From sequence record MG252615.1: 41,317 bases of DNA; one strand, 5' to 3'. The DNA comes from Escherichia phage vB_EcoS_HSE2. The notes beneath the pieces were generated by a model. The model was not told the origin of the DNA. It searched no databases and saw only the letters and a list, made by a program, of their open reading frames with translations. Shown in pieces: positions 1 through 9,675 of this stretch (its first letter is position 1; every line of letters begins with the position of its first letter). The position numbers and the translations under genes were made by a program.

Positions 1-71
1 TCAGTTGCGCATGGTGGTAACGGAAATGGCGTACAAGTATCTTGGTAACGGTGTTTTTGACTCCGTAAGAA
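1..71. repeat. Window-end overlap, copy 1 (identical to 41247..41317); indicates a circular or permuted genome, unit length 41,246 bp
   Basis: First 71 nt match the last 71 nt exactly; the repeat lies inside a continuous coding frame. Confidence 0.85.
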
Positions 72-1093
72 CGCCAAACACACAGGCCGTACAGTCTCTG
101 ATTCGCCTTGCCCGCGACCCGGATGTCGGAGCATTAAATCTGACAACAGCAAATATGGATAAGCTGTTGGCTGTGCAAAACGAAATTGAGAGTTATTTTG
201 GTAGCGCATCCGCCGGCGAGTTTTGCTATACGTTTGATGACTACAAAACTACGATGCAGGACATAGTAACTACGATAGCGGAAGCAATTTTCTGCACCCC
301 ATATCGGAGAGGCGCTGACATTCTTCTTGACTTTGAACGCCCGCGGATTGGTCCCGAGATGGTATTTACCCACCGCAGCAAAACTACCGCTACGGAGAAG
401 TGGACACGCACGTTTAACGACGCTCAGGTATACGATAGTCTCAAGTTCTCTTACATCGACCCAGATACTAACGTCAAAGAGACAATCAGCATCCCAGCCG
501 AAGGTGGGGTTAATACTGAAACGTACGATTCTAAAGGTATCCGTAACTATCGACAGGCATACTGGGCTGCATACCGCCGCTATCAGAAAAACCTGTTGAA
601 GAAGGTGACAGTATCATTCACGGCGACAGAAGAAGGGATTTTTGCAATGCCTGGACGAGCAGTAAGTGTGGTTAAAGGGTCGCGTATGGCCCCACAGGAT
701 GGTTATGTTATCGCCGTTAATGGCCTTACTCTGACGTTATCACAACCGGTTAAGTTCACACCAGGAGACGACCATTCACTCATCCTTAAGAAGCGTGATG
801 GCGGAGTTCAGAGTGTTGCAGTTGTGCCGGGAAGTCACGACCGTGAAGTGATTATGTTATCTGCGCCGCAAGAGGCAATTTACACAGGGAATAGCGCGCT
901 AAAAACTGAGTTTTCATTCGGCAACGAAGCAAGGCATAATGCTCAGATGATTCTTGTTTCTACAGTTGACCCCGGGGATGACAGAACAGTTAAGATTACC
1001 GGTATTAACTACGAAGCGGATTTCTACAAATACGACGGCGTCGCGCCTTTCGGCAGCGGTTTCTCCGACGGATTCAGCAATGGTTTTAGTTAA
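2..1093 (+). CDS. Tail tip / host-specificity protein (lambda J-like), C-terminal part; same ORF as 39775..41317 across the junction
   Basis: Frame open from window start to stop at 1091-1093 and in phase with the ORF that runs off the window end; position after the K-like tail assembly gene. Confidence 0.6.
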   Translation, partial: QLRMVVTEMAYKYLGNGVFDSVRTPNTQAVQSLIRLARDPDVGALNLTTANMDKLLAVQNEIESYFGSASAGEFCYTFDDYKTTMQDIVTTIAEAIFCTPYRRGADILLDFERPRIGPEMVFTHRSKTTATEKWTRTFNDAQVYDSLKFSYIDPDTNVKETISIPAEGGVNTETYDSKGIRNYRQAYWAAYRRYQKNLLKKVTVSFTATEEGIFAMPGRAVSVVKGSRMAPQDGYVIAVNGLTLTLSQPVKFTPGDDHSLILKKRDGGVQSVAVVPGSHDREVIMLSAPQEAIYTGNSALKTEFSFGNEARHNAQMILVSTVDPGDDRTVKITGINYEADFYKYDGVAPFGSGFSDGFSNGFS

Positions 1094-1105
1094 AGAGGAC
1101 TCTAT

Positions 1106-3313
1106 ATGTCAAGCGGATGCGGTGACGTTTTAAGCCTGGCGGATTTACAGACCGCCAAGAAACACCAGATTTTCGAAGCTGAGGTTATCACCGGTAAATC
1201 CGGCGGCGTTGCTGGTGGCGCTAATATTGATTACGCGACAAATCAGGTTACCGGACAGGCACAAAAGACGCTACCGGCTGTTATTGCGGACGCCAACGCG
1301 GATTTCGACGCCCAGATTCTGAACATGGGGTTTACTCGCGTCGGAACCTTTGCAGCAGGCGCAACACTTACCAATCCGCGCCAGACTCTGCTGTGGGACG
1401 TTGCCGATGGGGGCGACGGCCAGGAATACGGATGGAGCGGCGCGTTCCCGAAAGTCGTACCCGCGGCCAGCACCCCGGCATCAACTGGTGGAATTTCTGT
1501 TGGAGCTTGGATTAGCCGATTCGACCCTGAATTACGCATTGCTGTGCGCGAAGTCTTGCGCCGCTCCTACGCCGAGACTGGATATAATCTGGTTGCTGGC
1601 AGCTTCGAGGCTGGTGGCACGGTAACGACCGCCACCGATGTGCTGCTATATGAATCGAAAGGCAAAGCCTACTCCTACTCCGGCACTCTGCCGCACACTG
1701 TTGCGGCTGGCTCCACCCCCAGCGCAGAGCCGGAGGTGTGGCTTGATAGGAGCGATGAGTTAAACGCCGTCAAACAAGTTGGGGCTGTATCTATCGCAAC
1801 AATTAACACTTCCATCGCTGGAATGGCGGATGGCGAGCTAACAATACCCCCCGGTGAATACGCAATCAACGGCGATGTGATAATCCAGTTGAAGAACAAC
1901 GAAAGCACTACCGGGCCTTTTGGGTCGTTTCGCTTAAATGCCGAAGGGGTCCGGTTTACAGGTAGCGGAAATATTATTGTCGATAGCTGCAAGAGACTGA
2001 CTATTGTCGGTATCGATGCGCCAAATCACAATCTTATTTTGCGCGGTTGCTGGTGGAGCAACTTCGAAGGGATGCGATTTAAATACCTAATGCTCGCTGA
2101 TGTGGCGGGAACTGCATTTACAAGCAACTACTGGTGTCAGTGGACAAACTGCCAATTCCAATCCATTAAAACTGGCGCGGCTTCAACGTTCAATAATAAG
2201 TTTGATTGGTATTCATGCTCAATGCGGGGTAACGCAAACCAAGGTTTTTCTGGCCCAGCAGACTATGCATTCGAGTTCAACGCTAACGCAAACGCACAAG
2301 CATGGGTTTTCTGGGGAGGGGATATTAGTTATCACAATATTGCTGTTTACAATGTTGGCGCTGGAAACACAAATGGAGACATTGAGTTGACGTTAGACGG
2401 GACGTATTTCGACACGCTGACCCCCGCTCCAATCAATCGCGCTAGAAGCAGAGTTCAAACAAAGAAGTGTCACTACTCAAACAGTACAACAAGCCTTCCG
2501 AACTCTGCAAAAATGCAGGCTGTTGCTCGCGGCGGGCAGGATATGTTTCGCCAAGACCGCTCCGCCGGTTGGGCGCAATTCTCAGCCATCAACTTCATCC
2601 CTGATGGGGATTTCCGCGTAGGTCTTCCGACTTATGCCGGAGCTGGACGTCCTATCGGAGCATCTGGTGGCGCGGTGATCACCGAAGCGTCCGGTGCAAT
2701 ATCCGGCAGATATCTGAACATCAATCAAGCTGGAACAAGTGGCACCACTCGATTTAGGCCGGTGCCGCTCCCGTTCACAGGCAGATACACCGCAGCAATA
2801 ATCATCCGCAATGCCGACCCTGGAGCTAGAACAATCCGCCTTGGTTTTAACAATCTTTACGAAGTCGCAGAGATTAGCAACACGGACTGGACTTTCTGGA
2901 CTCTGACGGTGGGTGCAGACATTGCAGCAGGGCAGCAGCCAGACATCCAAATCCTGACAAATGACGCAACCCCGTTCAACGTTGATGTTTGCTATGCCGC
3001 AGTAACATTTGGTGAGGGTGGGCAGCCCATGGTGGCGGCCCCAGCAGTTAGTGAGCTACTTGGGTCTGTGTCGTACAATCCGCCGAGTATGGCGACTGGG
3101 ACGGGTGCTAGCACGACAATTACAGTAAACGGTGCGGAGCTTGGTGATTTCGCTATCCCCAGTTTCGGGATAGACCTGCAAGGCATTCAAATGTGGGCTC
3201 AGGTAACCAGCGCAAATACCGTTACTGTGTTTTTCAGAAATGAAACAGGGGCGACGATAGATTCGTTGTCATCAACATTGCGAGTACGTGTAGTGAAGGC
3301 CACGTATGTCTAA
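1106..3313 (+). CDS. Tailspike / tail fiber receptor-binding protein (735 aa)
   Basis: Large ORF after the J-like gene; AGAGGA Shine-Dalgarno; Gly/Asn/Thr-rich repetitive middle typical of beta-helix spikes; followed by a strong terminator. Confidence 0.6.
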   Translation: MSSGCGDVLSLADLQTAKKHQIFEAEVITGKSGGVAGGANIDYATNQVTGQAQKTLPAVIADANADFDAQILNMGFTRVGTFAAGATLTNPRQTLLWDVADGGDGQEYGWSGAFPKVVPAASTPASTGGISVGAWISRFDPELRIAVREVLRRSYAETGYNLVAGSFEAGGTVTTATDVLLYESKGKAYSYSGTLPHTVAAGSTPSAEPEVWLDRSDELNAVKQVGAVSIATINTSIAGMADGELTIPPGEYAINGDVIIQLKNNESTTGPFGSFRLNAEGVRFTGSGNIIVDSCKRLTIVGIDAPNHNLILRGCWWSNFEGMRFKYLMLADVAGTAFTSNYWCQWTNCQFQSIKTGAASTFNNKFDWYSCSMRGNANQGFSGPADYAFEFNANANAQAWVFWGGDISYHNIAVYNVGAGNTNGDIELTLDGTYFDTLTPAPINRARSRVQTKKCHYSNSTTSLPNSAKMQAVARGGQDMFRQDRSAGWAQFSAINFIPDGDFRVGLPTYAGAGRPIGASGGAVITEASGAISGRYLNINQAGTSGTTRFRPVPLPFTGRYTAAIIIRNADPGARTIRLGFNNLYEVAEISNTDWTFWTLTVGADIAAGQQPDIQILTNDATPFNVDVCYAAVTFGEGGQPMVAAPAVSELLGSVSYNPPSMATGTGASTTITVNGAELGDFAIPSFGIDLQGIQMWAQVTSANTVTVFFRNETGATIDSLSSTLRVRVVKATYV

Positions 3314-3360
3314 TTTAGCTCAAGCGGAATGGCATCAAGTTGCTGGATAAGAACTATTTA

Positions 3361-3387
3361 AAACTAAGGCCCCGAACGGGGCCTTTT
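3361..3387. terminator. Bidirectional rho-independent terminator at the convergent junction of tailspike and early operon
   Basis: Stem AAGGCCCC/GGGGCCTT with 4-nt loop, T-run after and A-run before. Confidence 0.7.
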
Positions 3388-3526
3388 CTCTACTCTTCGG
3401 ATAACTTCTCCAGTACAAACGCCAGTTGCGCATTAGCGGCATCTCTCTGTTGCCGTAGTCGTAGAACCTCCTCCTCAAGTTCCTTGATACGTTTTTGCAA
3501 TGCCGGAATCGGGGCTATGATGTTCA

Positions 3527-3718
3527 TCATTCGAACTCCATAAAATCACCATTTACCGACTCTGTGTAAATTAGTCCTGTTCTATCATCGTAACACGCGC
3601 CCCAACGATTGGCGGTGTTATCCATCACCACGAATTGCCCGCCACCCTTGTACTCCGCGACGTAATAATTACCTTCATCGAAAACACCTATAGTAGAACT
3701 TACGCAAAACAGTTTCAT
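3527..3718 (-). CDS. Hypothetical protein (63 aa), last gene of leftward early operon
   Basis: ORF with ATGA overlap to the upstream helicase gene. Confidence 0.4.
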   Translation of the reverse strand: MKLFCVSSTIGVFDEGNYYVAEYKGGGQFVVMDNTANRWGACYDDRTGLIYTESVNGDFMEFE

Positions 3719-5145
3719 TTCTTACCTCGTCTCTTCATGTAATTAAGCAACTCTTCTTGGACAGATTTCTTCTCGTCTGTACGCGCGGCAACAACCTCGT
3801 CCAGCGTGTCTTTAGCAACGATATGATACAGGAACACCGGGCGCTCGTGGCCCGCCTGTTTCTGGCGTACCGGGCCTATACGCTCGACAACCTGCAAATA
3901 GTGCTCAAGGTTCCAGCCTTGCGAAATAAACGCCAGATGATGTCCGCCGTCCTGTAAATTCAAACCATGGCCGGCTGACGCGGGGTGCACGCATAGGATT
4001 TCGATTTCGCCACGGTTCCACGCTTCCATCTGCTTATTGCCCTTCGCGCCTTTTGCAAAAGCCTGTGCCTGAGGGAATCGCTTAAGGATGCGCTCCAGTT
4101 CGTGCTTAAACTGATAGGCTACCAGTAACGGCGCACCCTGCAACTCCTCGGCAATGGACTCCAGCGCGTCCAGTTTCGTGTCGTGCACTTTCTCCCAGTC
4201 TTTGGTTGCCTCACCGTCTGGCCCCGACACATATACGGCACCGGAGGCAATCTGCAAACACTTTGACGTCTTCGCCGCCGCGTTAGCCGCTTCAACTTCT
4301 CCGCTCTCCAGTTCCGCGAATAACTTCTCCTCCATATCGATGTACGCCTGACGCGCCTTCTTCGGCAGGTCGATTTCAACCTGCACTATAATAGGCGCTT
4401 CACATCCGAACCACTCAGCGGCGTCAATCGTGAGACTAATGTCCTTCATCTTCTGGTGGATCTCATTATCTGCACCAGGACGCGCATGATACTCCCGCGC
4501 CATCGCCGACTTACCTTTTTGCACAGAGTTGAACCAGCGGTCGGTGAACGCAGTGTACGATGAACCGAGGCGCTCGCCAGCGTCGATAAACCAGTTCTGG
4601 CCCCACAGGTCTTTGAGGCCGTTAGGCGACGGTGTACCAGTCAGGTTGATAAAACGCTTAACCTTTCCGAACGCCACTTTACTTAGCGCCTTCGCCCTCT
4701 TGCTACCGCCAGACCGGCTACGGAATGATTTAAGCTTCGTGCTTTCATCGGCAACAATAACAGTAAAAGGCCAGTCGTCTTTGCCATAGTAGTCAATCAG
4801 CCACTCGATAACTTCGTAGTTCGTGCATACCACGTTAGCGTCCGACTCCAGCGCCGCGATGCGGCGCTTCTCCGAACCAGTTGCGTCTACGACACTCAGA
4901 CAAGGGAAATTCCAACGTGCCTGTTCCGCGGGCCATGTGCCAGACGCAACTCGCAGCGGGGCGAGGATTAACACTCGGTCGTCGTCATTAAGTTGCCCAT
5001 TACGGAACAGTCGATTGAGAACCCACATTGTCGACGAGGTCTTGCCGCCGCCCATACCGCACCAGATATTGCAACGTGGGTGCTGTAGCATAAACGACGT
5101 CATGAGCTTCTGGTACTCTCGACGGATAAATTTAGACATAATCAA
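3715..5145 (-). CDS. Superfamily 2 (SNF2/DEAD-like) DNA helicase
   Basis: Walker A GMGGGKT near N-terminus, DExx box (IVADEST), helicase C-terminal region. Confidence 0.7.
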   Translation of the reverse strand: MIMSKFIRREYQKLMTSFMLQHPRCNIWCGMGGGKTSSTMWVLNRLFRNGQLNDDDRVLILAPLRVASGTWPAEQARWNFPCLSVVDATGSEKRRIAALESDANVVCTNYEVIEWLIDYYGKDDWPFTVIVADESTKLKSFRSRSGGSKRAKALSKVAFGKVKRFINLTGTPSPNGLKDLWGQNWFIDAGERLGSSYTAFTDRWFNSVQKGKSAMAREYHARPGADNEIHQKMKDISLTIDAAEWFGCEAPIIVQVEIDLPKKARQAYIDMEEKLFAELESGEVEAANAAAKTSKCLQIASGAVYVSGPDGEATKDWEKVHDTKLDALESIAEELQGAPLLVAYQFKHELERILKRFPQAQAFAKGAKGNKQMEAWNRGEIEILCVHPASAGHGLNLQDGGHHLAFISQGWNLEHYLQVVERIGPVRQKQAGHERPVFLYHIVAKDTLDEVVAARTDEKKSVQEELLNYMKRRGKK

Positions 5146-5336
5146 CCCTTAACGTAGAGCACCAGCTCTTTACGCCCAAACGCCGTAACGTTGCCGGTTA
5201 CATCTTCAATAACCAGTTTACCGTTCGACTCTACGTACACCGTATCAACGGCAACAGGGCGACGGGTCTTAACGTTGAAAATCATGTCGCCCGGTACGAT
5301 GTCGCGTGCTGGTTTGCGGTCATATTCGTGTTTCAT
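5142..5336 (-). CDS. Hypothetical protein (64 aa)
   Basis: ORF directly downstream of the early promoter at 5370..5398; overlaps helicase start. Confidence 0.4.
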   Translation of the reverse strand: MKHEYDRKPARDIVPGDMIFNVKTRRPVAVDTVYVESNGKLVIEDVTGNVTAFGRKELVLYVKG

Positions 5337-5366
5337 TTCTCAATTCCTTATATTGTTGGTGTGTGA

Positions 5367-5651
5367 CTAACTATAATAGCTCGCTATTAGGGTGTCAACC
5401 TGTTTAAACGAACCGACGACAAAAACATTCGCACCACGTTTACGCATCCGCTCGTGCTCGCGTAACTGGTGCGGGTCAGGCTTCGTGTTTTCGTCTTTCT
5501 TAACCTCGACGAACCAGACGATGCCGCCTGGGAGAATTGCCAGCAGGTCGGGGGCGCCGGAACGTCCTTCGTAGGAGAGCTTACGAACGAGGCCGCCAAT
5601 GGCCTCGAATCGCTCTTTTGCGTATTTCTGAATCTTGCCTTCCGGGGTCAT
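5367..5651 (-). CDS. VRR-NUC domain nuclease (PD-(D/E)XK fold)
   Basis: GAPDLL...VWFVEVKK motif pattern, about 94 aa. Confidence 0.6.
   Translation of the reverse strand: MTPEGKIQKYAKERFEAIGGLVRKLSYEGRSGAPDLLAILPGGIVWFVEVKKDENTKPDPHQLREHERMRKRGANVFVVGSFKQVDTLIASYYS
5370..5398 (-). promoter_or_regulatory. Sigma70-type early promoter with palindromic operator in spacer
   Basis: Minus strand TTGACA, 17-nt spacer, TATAGT; spacer carries AATAGC-TC-GCTATT (plus-strand 5375..5388). Confidence 0.6.
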
Positions 5652-5810
5652 CAGTCCGTTACCTTACACAAAACGGCGACACCTAAAAACACGGCTACGA
5701 TTACCATAATAACGGTAAGCATTGTCATAATATGCACCCCTCACGTTTCGTATGCTCAATCCCGCAGCGCGGACAGATTCGGTAGTCTTCTTCGTAGAAC
5801 CAGTAAATTT

Positions 5811-5942
5811 TCATTCCATCACCCACAGATAAATTGCGATGAACATGCCCAATACGGCTGCCATCATGCCGTATTGGCCCTCGTGACAGTAGACACCGGC
5901 AGCAAATCCCGCCAGTACCGCGATAATCAGTTTACTTGGCAT
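5811..5942 (-). CDS. Small hydrophobic membrane protein (43 aa)
   Basis: Hand-translated MPSKLIIAVLAGFAAGVYCHEGQYGMMAAVLGMFIAIYLWVME; GGAGA Shine-Dalgarno; below ORF-track size cutoff. Confidence 0.3.
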   Translation of the reverse strand: MPSKLIIAVLAGFAAGVYCHEGQYGMMAAVLGMFIAIYLWVME

Positions 5943-8136
5943 AACGCTTCATCTCCGCGCCTTCTGCTACAAGAGGGAACCCATCGGCCCACTCCGGCAA
6001 TGCGCACATTAATTTTTCCAGTTCAGCCACCGTATACTCAGGGGTGTCTGGAGTTTCACATACCAGTTCATCGTGTACCGAAAGCACGATTGGATACCCG
6101 CCGCCCTCAACATTAATCATCGCATACGCAAGTAAATCACGGCACAGCGCCTGAACAATGTTTTCGCAGGCTTTGCCGCCGTGTGTGTACAGGGTAGTCC
6201 ATTGGCGGGTTAACTGGTTTTCGCCTTGGTACTTGATTCGCACATTCGTGTTTACCCGTCCGTCTTCGTCTGTTTCCTTTGTCACACTAACACCGATTCC
6301 AGGATACGAGAGGACGCGACCTGACGGCAACTCCATGCATAACCACCAACCAGGAACCTTCCTGCCGGATGAATCAAATTCTACCGTACGCCATATGCGG
6401 ATAGCCCTTCCCCCCTTCCTGCGCAAGTGTGCTCCCGCCCAAAATTCACGACCAGGATTACGAACAGCGGCTAAAATTCCGTCTTTAAGGTCGCGCCAGA
6501 ACGCTACTGTTTCGGGGTGTGACTCGCGCCACATACGCTTGATTGCGTCACATGTGCGCCACACTTTCTTATCAAGAATATACGATGGTCTGTCATCCTT
6601 TTCACCCGGATGCGGCGGTCGCTTTGCTTCCTGAATACGCGCCCACTCATACCCACGTGCGGTAGCGGCCCAGATGTGGTCGGGGAATGTACCGTCCATT
6701 GTTTTTGCCATCTCAATAAGGTCAAGACCTAAGTTTTTAGCGAACGTAACGAACGCTCCGACGCCCCCCTCATAGCCGAGGCCAAGCTCGCAGGCCTTGC
6801 CTATCTGTCTGATTTCCTTGAAGTTTTTCTTAATATCGTCGGGGTCCATGCCGAACATCTTACCTGCGGTTACGCAGTAAATATCCAGCCCTGCACGGAA
6901 CGTATCGAGCGCAGTTTCTTCTCCCGCCAGCCACGCTAAACCACGGCCTTCGACGTTAGAGTAATCGGCGACGACAAACTTATGTCCGGCTTCCGGGATA
7001 ATGCAGCTACGAACCGTAGATGCCGTTAGCTTGGCTACATCAAAACGGCGATGCGCTCGGCCCTTAAGTAACGCTGAAATGCCTTTATCCAGTTCATCAT
7101 CGTGATAGTAACCGCGCGCCAGGTTCTGCGGCTGGAAGCCTTTACCCGCCCATCGCAGAGTACGTTTTGCCCCGCCGTACTGCAAGCAACCGCGGCGTCG
7201 GTCGTCCGATGAGCGGCCTAACAGTAGCGGGTTATATTTCGTTGATGCTGTGGATGCCGCCCCGAGGCGCATTTCGATAATCGTGCGCGCGTCGTCCGGT
7301 AAATCATCGTCGGCCAGCAGGTCATTCAGCGTTGACTTCTGTGCGTTGTGGATTCGGTGCGCAGGAGCCAGTTCACGCAGAATTGGCAGGAAGTCTTTAC
7401 CGGTAAGCGAGCCGCCGTATTTGCGTTGGGCTTCTTCCTGTAACTGCGCTTTGTGTTTCTCCACGGCTTCAATCGCGGCTTCCGCCAGTGCAACGTCAAC
7501 CTTAAACCCGCGGTCATTGATTAACTGGTCCAGTTCCAGTACACGGTCCTCGAACTCAGAGTTACCCCAACGCGGCAGCTTATGGAATACTTCACGCATC
7601 GCAGTGATGTCGCTCACGGCGTACTTGATGAACAGCGCCCACTCGTCCGGGTGTGTTTCAGCGGTGTAGCGGCGGATTTTGTAGTTCTTCGGTGTTGGTT
7701 TAGAGAAACGCTGAATCAGCGCCTTGCCGCGTTTGTCTTTCGCGTTGTCTGCGGACACGCCCAGCACTTCGCACAAGGCATCAAGAGAACCCGGCAGCGC
7801 GTGGCGAAACGCCCAAATCATCGTATCAATAGTGTTGCTTACCGGTATATCGAAGCCCCAGCAGTGTTTCATGATTAGGCGATCGAACATTGAACCGTTG
7901 TGCCACGCCATCTTAATACGGCTGTTTGGCTTCACCAGGCGGCGTAACGCGCGGTGCAAATCTCCAGGCATGTCGCTGCCGTCGGTGCAATCCCATACCT
8001 GCACAGGTTCGTCGTCAAAAGCGTATGTGCAGATAAGCACTTCGGTTGACGGGTGTTCAGCGTAAGCGTAGGAACCGACTTTCTTTAAATCTATGCCGCT
8101 GTAGGTTTCAAAGTCTAAGTAAAGCAATGTGTTCAT
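5932..8136 (-). CDS. DNA polymerase, family A, with N-terminal 3'-5' exonuclease domain
   Basis: Exo motif LDFETYS; polymerase motifs DYSNVEGR (A), KxxxKxxNFGxxYG-like (B), VHDEL (C); ATG at 8136 overlaps upstream stop (ATGA). Confidence 0.85.
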   Translation of the reverse strand: MNTLLYLDFETYSGIDLKKVGSYAYAEHPSTEVLICTYAFDDEPVQVWDCTDGSDMPGDLHRALRRLVKPNSRIKMAWHNGSMFDRLIMKHCWGFDIPVSNTIDTMIWAFRHALPGSLDALCEVLGVSADNAKDKRGKALIQRFSKPTPKNYKIRRYTAETHPDEWALFIKYAVSDITAMREVFHKLPRWGNSEFEDRVLELDQLINDRGFKVDVALAEAAIEAVEKHKAQLQEEAQRKYGGSLTGKDFLPILRELAPAHRIHNAQKSTLNDLLADDDLPDDARTIIEMRLGAASTASTKYNPLLLGRSSDDRRRGCLQYGGAKRTLRWAGKGFQPQNLARGYYHDDELDKGISALLKGRAHRRFDVAKLTASTVRSCIIPEAGHKFVVADYSNVEGRGLAWLAGEETALDTFRAGLDIYCVTAGKMFGMDPDDIKKNFKEIRQIGKACELGLGYEGGVGAFVTFAKNLGLDLIEMAKTMDGTFPDHIWAATARGYEWARIQEAKRPPHPGEKDDRPSYILDKKVWRTCDAIKRMWRESHPETVAFWRDLKDGILAAVRNPGREFWAGAHLRRKGGRAIRIWRTVEFDSSGRKVPGWWLCMELPSGRVLSYPGIGVSVTKETDEDGRVNTNVRIKYQGENQLTRQWTTLYTHGGKACENIVQALCRDLLAYAMINVEGGGYPIVLSVHDELVCETPDTPEYTVAELEKLMCALPEWADGFPLVAEGAEMKRYAK

Positions 8137-8411
8137 AGTCCGTACCACGTCTGATAGTCTGCTTCTGTTAGATGGTCGTCGCGTTCTGGTTTCTTGTTTT
8201 TACCACGTTCTATTATTTCCGCCCGAGTCCGGTCTGGGTCTGTGTCCTCTATTAAGTGTTTATGTTCCTCGCATGCATAGTGTTTATACCAGTCTCGTAC
8301 CTTGTAAGCGGGAGGGTATTTAGTCATCCAAATTGCTCTAACTTTTTTACCTTCTGCCTTGCAAAATTTGCAGTAGGTGACGTGTCTGTATCTCTTAAGT
8401 TCCGCTGCCAT
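8133..8411 (-). CDS. Hypothetical Cys/His-rich protein (92 aa)
   Basis: CKFC and CEEH pairs suggest a zinc-binding fold. Confidence 0.45.
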   Translation of the reverse strand: MAAELKRYRHVTYCKFCKAEGKKVRAIWMTKYPPAYKVRDWYKHYACEEHKHLIEDTDPDRTRAEIIERGKNKKPERDDHLTEADYQTWYGL

Positions 8412-8427
8412 TATTTTCGACCCTTAG

Positions 8428-8450
8428 TAAAAAGGCCCTTCATTGGGCCT
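8428..8450 (-). terminator. Intrinsic terminator/attenuator after the SSB-like gene
   Basis: Stem AGGCCC/GGGCCT with 6-nt loop, then T-run on the minus strand. Confidence 0.5.
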
Positions 8451-8470
8451 TAGTTAAATTGATTCAGATA

Positions 8471-9097
8471 TTAGCGGCGGCGACGTTCGCGGCGCGGTGC
8501 TTCATCTTCTTCGTCGTCTTCCAGGTCATTGACGCTTGCAGCGACTTTAGAACCCCCGAACGCTTTACCCTCACCAACGTATTTAATTGCCAGCAGGTTA
8601 ACCCCGAGGACTTTGTATTTCTGGCTGAACCAGATTTCGACGCTTACGTTAGCAACGCAGCCGCTGTAAACCTGTTCGCCTTCAATCTGTTCGCCGTCTA
8701 CGTTGAAGTCCTGTTCTACCTGAGTCTCACCTTTTTTAGAGGTTACAATCAGTGGCTGTTTCTGTGCCTTTGCTTTGAAGTAGAAGCCTTCCGGGAAGTC
8801 TTCAAACGGATTGTCGCGCTCGGCGATGTCTTTAATCGCGCATTTATCCATGTGCTTACCTTCGCCGTAGTTGGACTTCATCCACTTCTCGGCGGCGGCT
8901 GCACCTAATGCTTCTTCAACTACAGCGTAGACTGTGTCGTAGAGCGCATCGATTTGCGCGTGGTCAGACGGCAGGATGATAGTTGCGCTATACTGACCTT
9001 TAGTGATTGAGCCATCATCGTTTTCACGGTCTTTTTCGCGTTCGAATACGTTAACCCAAGCAGTGTTTACTTTACGCAGATTTAATTTCAGTCCCAT
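8471..9097 (-). CDS. Putative ssDNA-binding protein (phage SSB-like, acidic C-terminal region)
   Basis: About 208 aa, acidic stretch DLEDDEEDE near C-terminus, placed inside the replication module; fold not verified. Confidence 0.4.
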   Translation of the reverse strand: MGLKLNLRKVNTAWVNVFEREKDRENDDGSITKGQYSATIILPSDHAQIDALYDTVYAVVEEALGAAAAEKWMKSNYGEGKHMDKCAIKDIAERDNPFEDFPEGFYFKAKAQKQPLIVTSKKGETQVEQDFNVDGEQIEGEQVYSGCVANVSVEIWFSQKYKVLGVNLLAIKYVGEGKAFGGSKVAASVNDLEDDEEDEAPRRERRRR

Positions 9098-9150
9098 CTT
9101 GATTTCTCGCTTTTAAGTTTACTCCGGGAACCGCCCGGCCAGTGATTAGA

Positions 9151-9179
9151 ACTATAATAGCTTACTATTCAGGTGTCAA
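9151..9179 (-). promoter_or_regulatory. Sigma70-type early promoter with palindromic operator in spacer
   Basis: TTGACA, 17-nt spacer, TATAGT on minus strand; spacer has AATAGC-TT-ACTATT (9156..9169). Confidence 0.6.
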
Positions 9180-9183
9180 CACT

Positions 9184-9675
9184 TTATTTGCCGTGGTTTT
9201 CGTGGAAACCGTACTTAACTTCTGCAGCCTTTCTCGCGGCTATTGCGTCGTCGATAGTTTCGAAACGTCCGAGATGAATTACTCGCTTCTTAACTTTTAT
9301 CTCAGCTCGCCATTTTCCGCGGCTTTTATCAAACCTAACACCCGTCACACCGGACGTGTTGTTGCGAGCTAAAGATAAATTACGGCTGTTCTCTTTTCGG
9401 GTTGTTTTCCTCAAATTAGAAAGAAGATTATTTTCTCGATTATGGTCGATATGGTCTATCTCCTCTCCGGGTTGAAGTTTATTTTCAGGCTTCATCATAT
9501 CCCATATAATTCTATGCGCCTGAAATGTCCTTCCGTGTAAACGGACGCACACATAACCCCAATTACGAACAGCAGCAACTTCGCTCCCGGCGGGCGCGCG
9601 ATTGCTGTTAGTTACGCGCCAATATAACTTACCAGTGTTGGTGTCATACCTAAAATAATCTCCCCATTTAATCAT
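9184..9675 (-). CDS. HNH homing endonuclease with C-terminal AP2 DNA-binding domain
   Basis: HNH motif IDHIDHNRENN...N; AP2-like GVTGVRFDKSRGKWRAEIKV...HLGRFETIDDAIAARKAAEVKYG; ATGA overlap with upstream gene. Confidence 0.75.
   Translation of the reverse strand: MIKWGDYFRYDTNTGKLYWRVTNSNRAPAGSEVAAVRNWGYVCVRLHGRTFQAHRIIWDMMKPENKLQPGEEIDHIDHNRENNLLSNLRKTTRKENSRNLSLARNNTSGVTGVRFDKSRGKWRAEIKVKKRVIHLGRFETIDDAIAARKAAEVKYGFHENHGK

Noticed and set aside
1-71. Genuine direct terminal repeat of the virion DNA
   Set aside because: The repeat is only 71 nt and sits inside a continuous coding frame, so a circular-assembly overlap is the simpler explanation
3389-3530. Apparent 46-aa coiled-coil ORF on the minus strand after the last early gene
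   Set aside because: Codon-by-codon re-reading shows an in-frame TGA after 18 codons; my first reading had dropped a T in a TTT run
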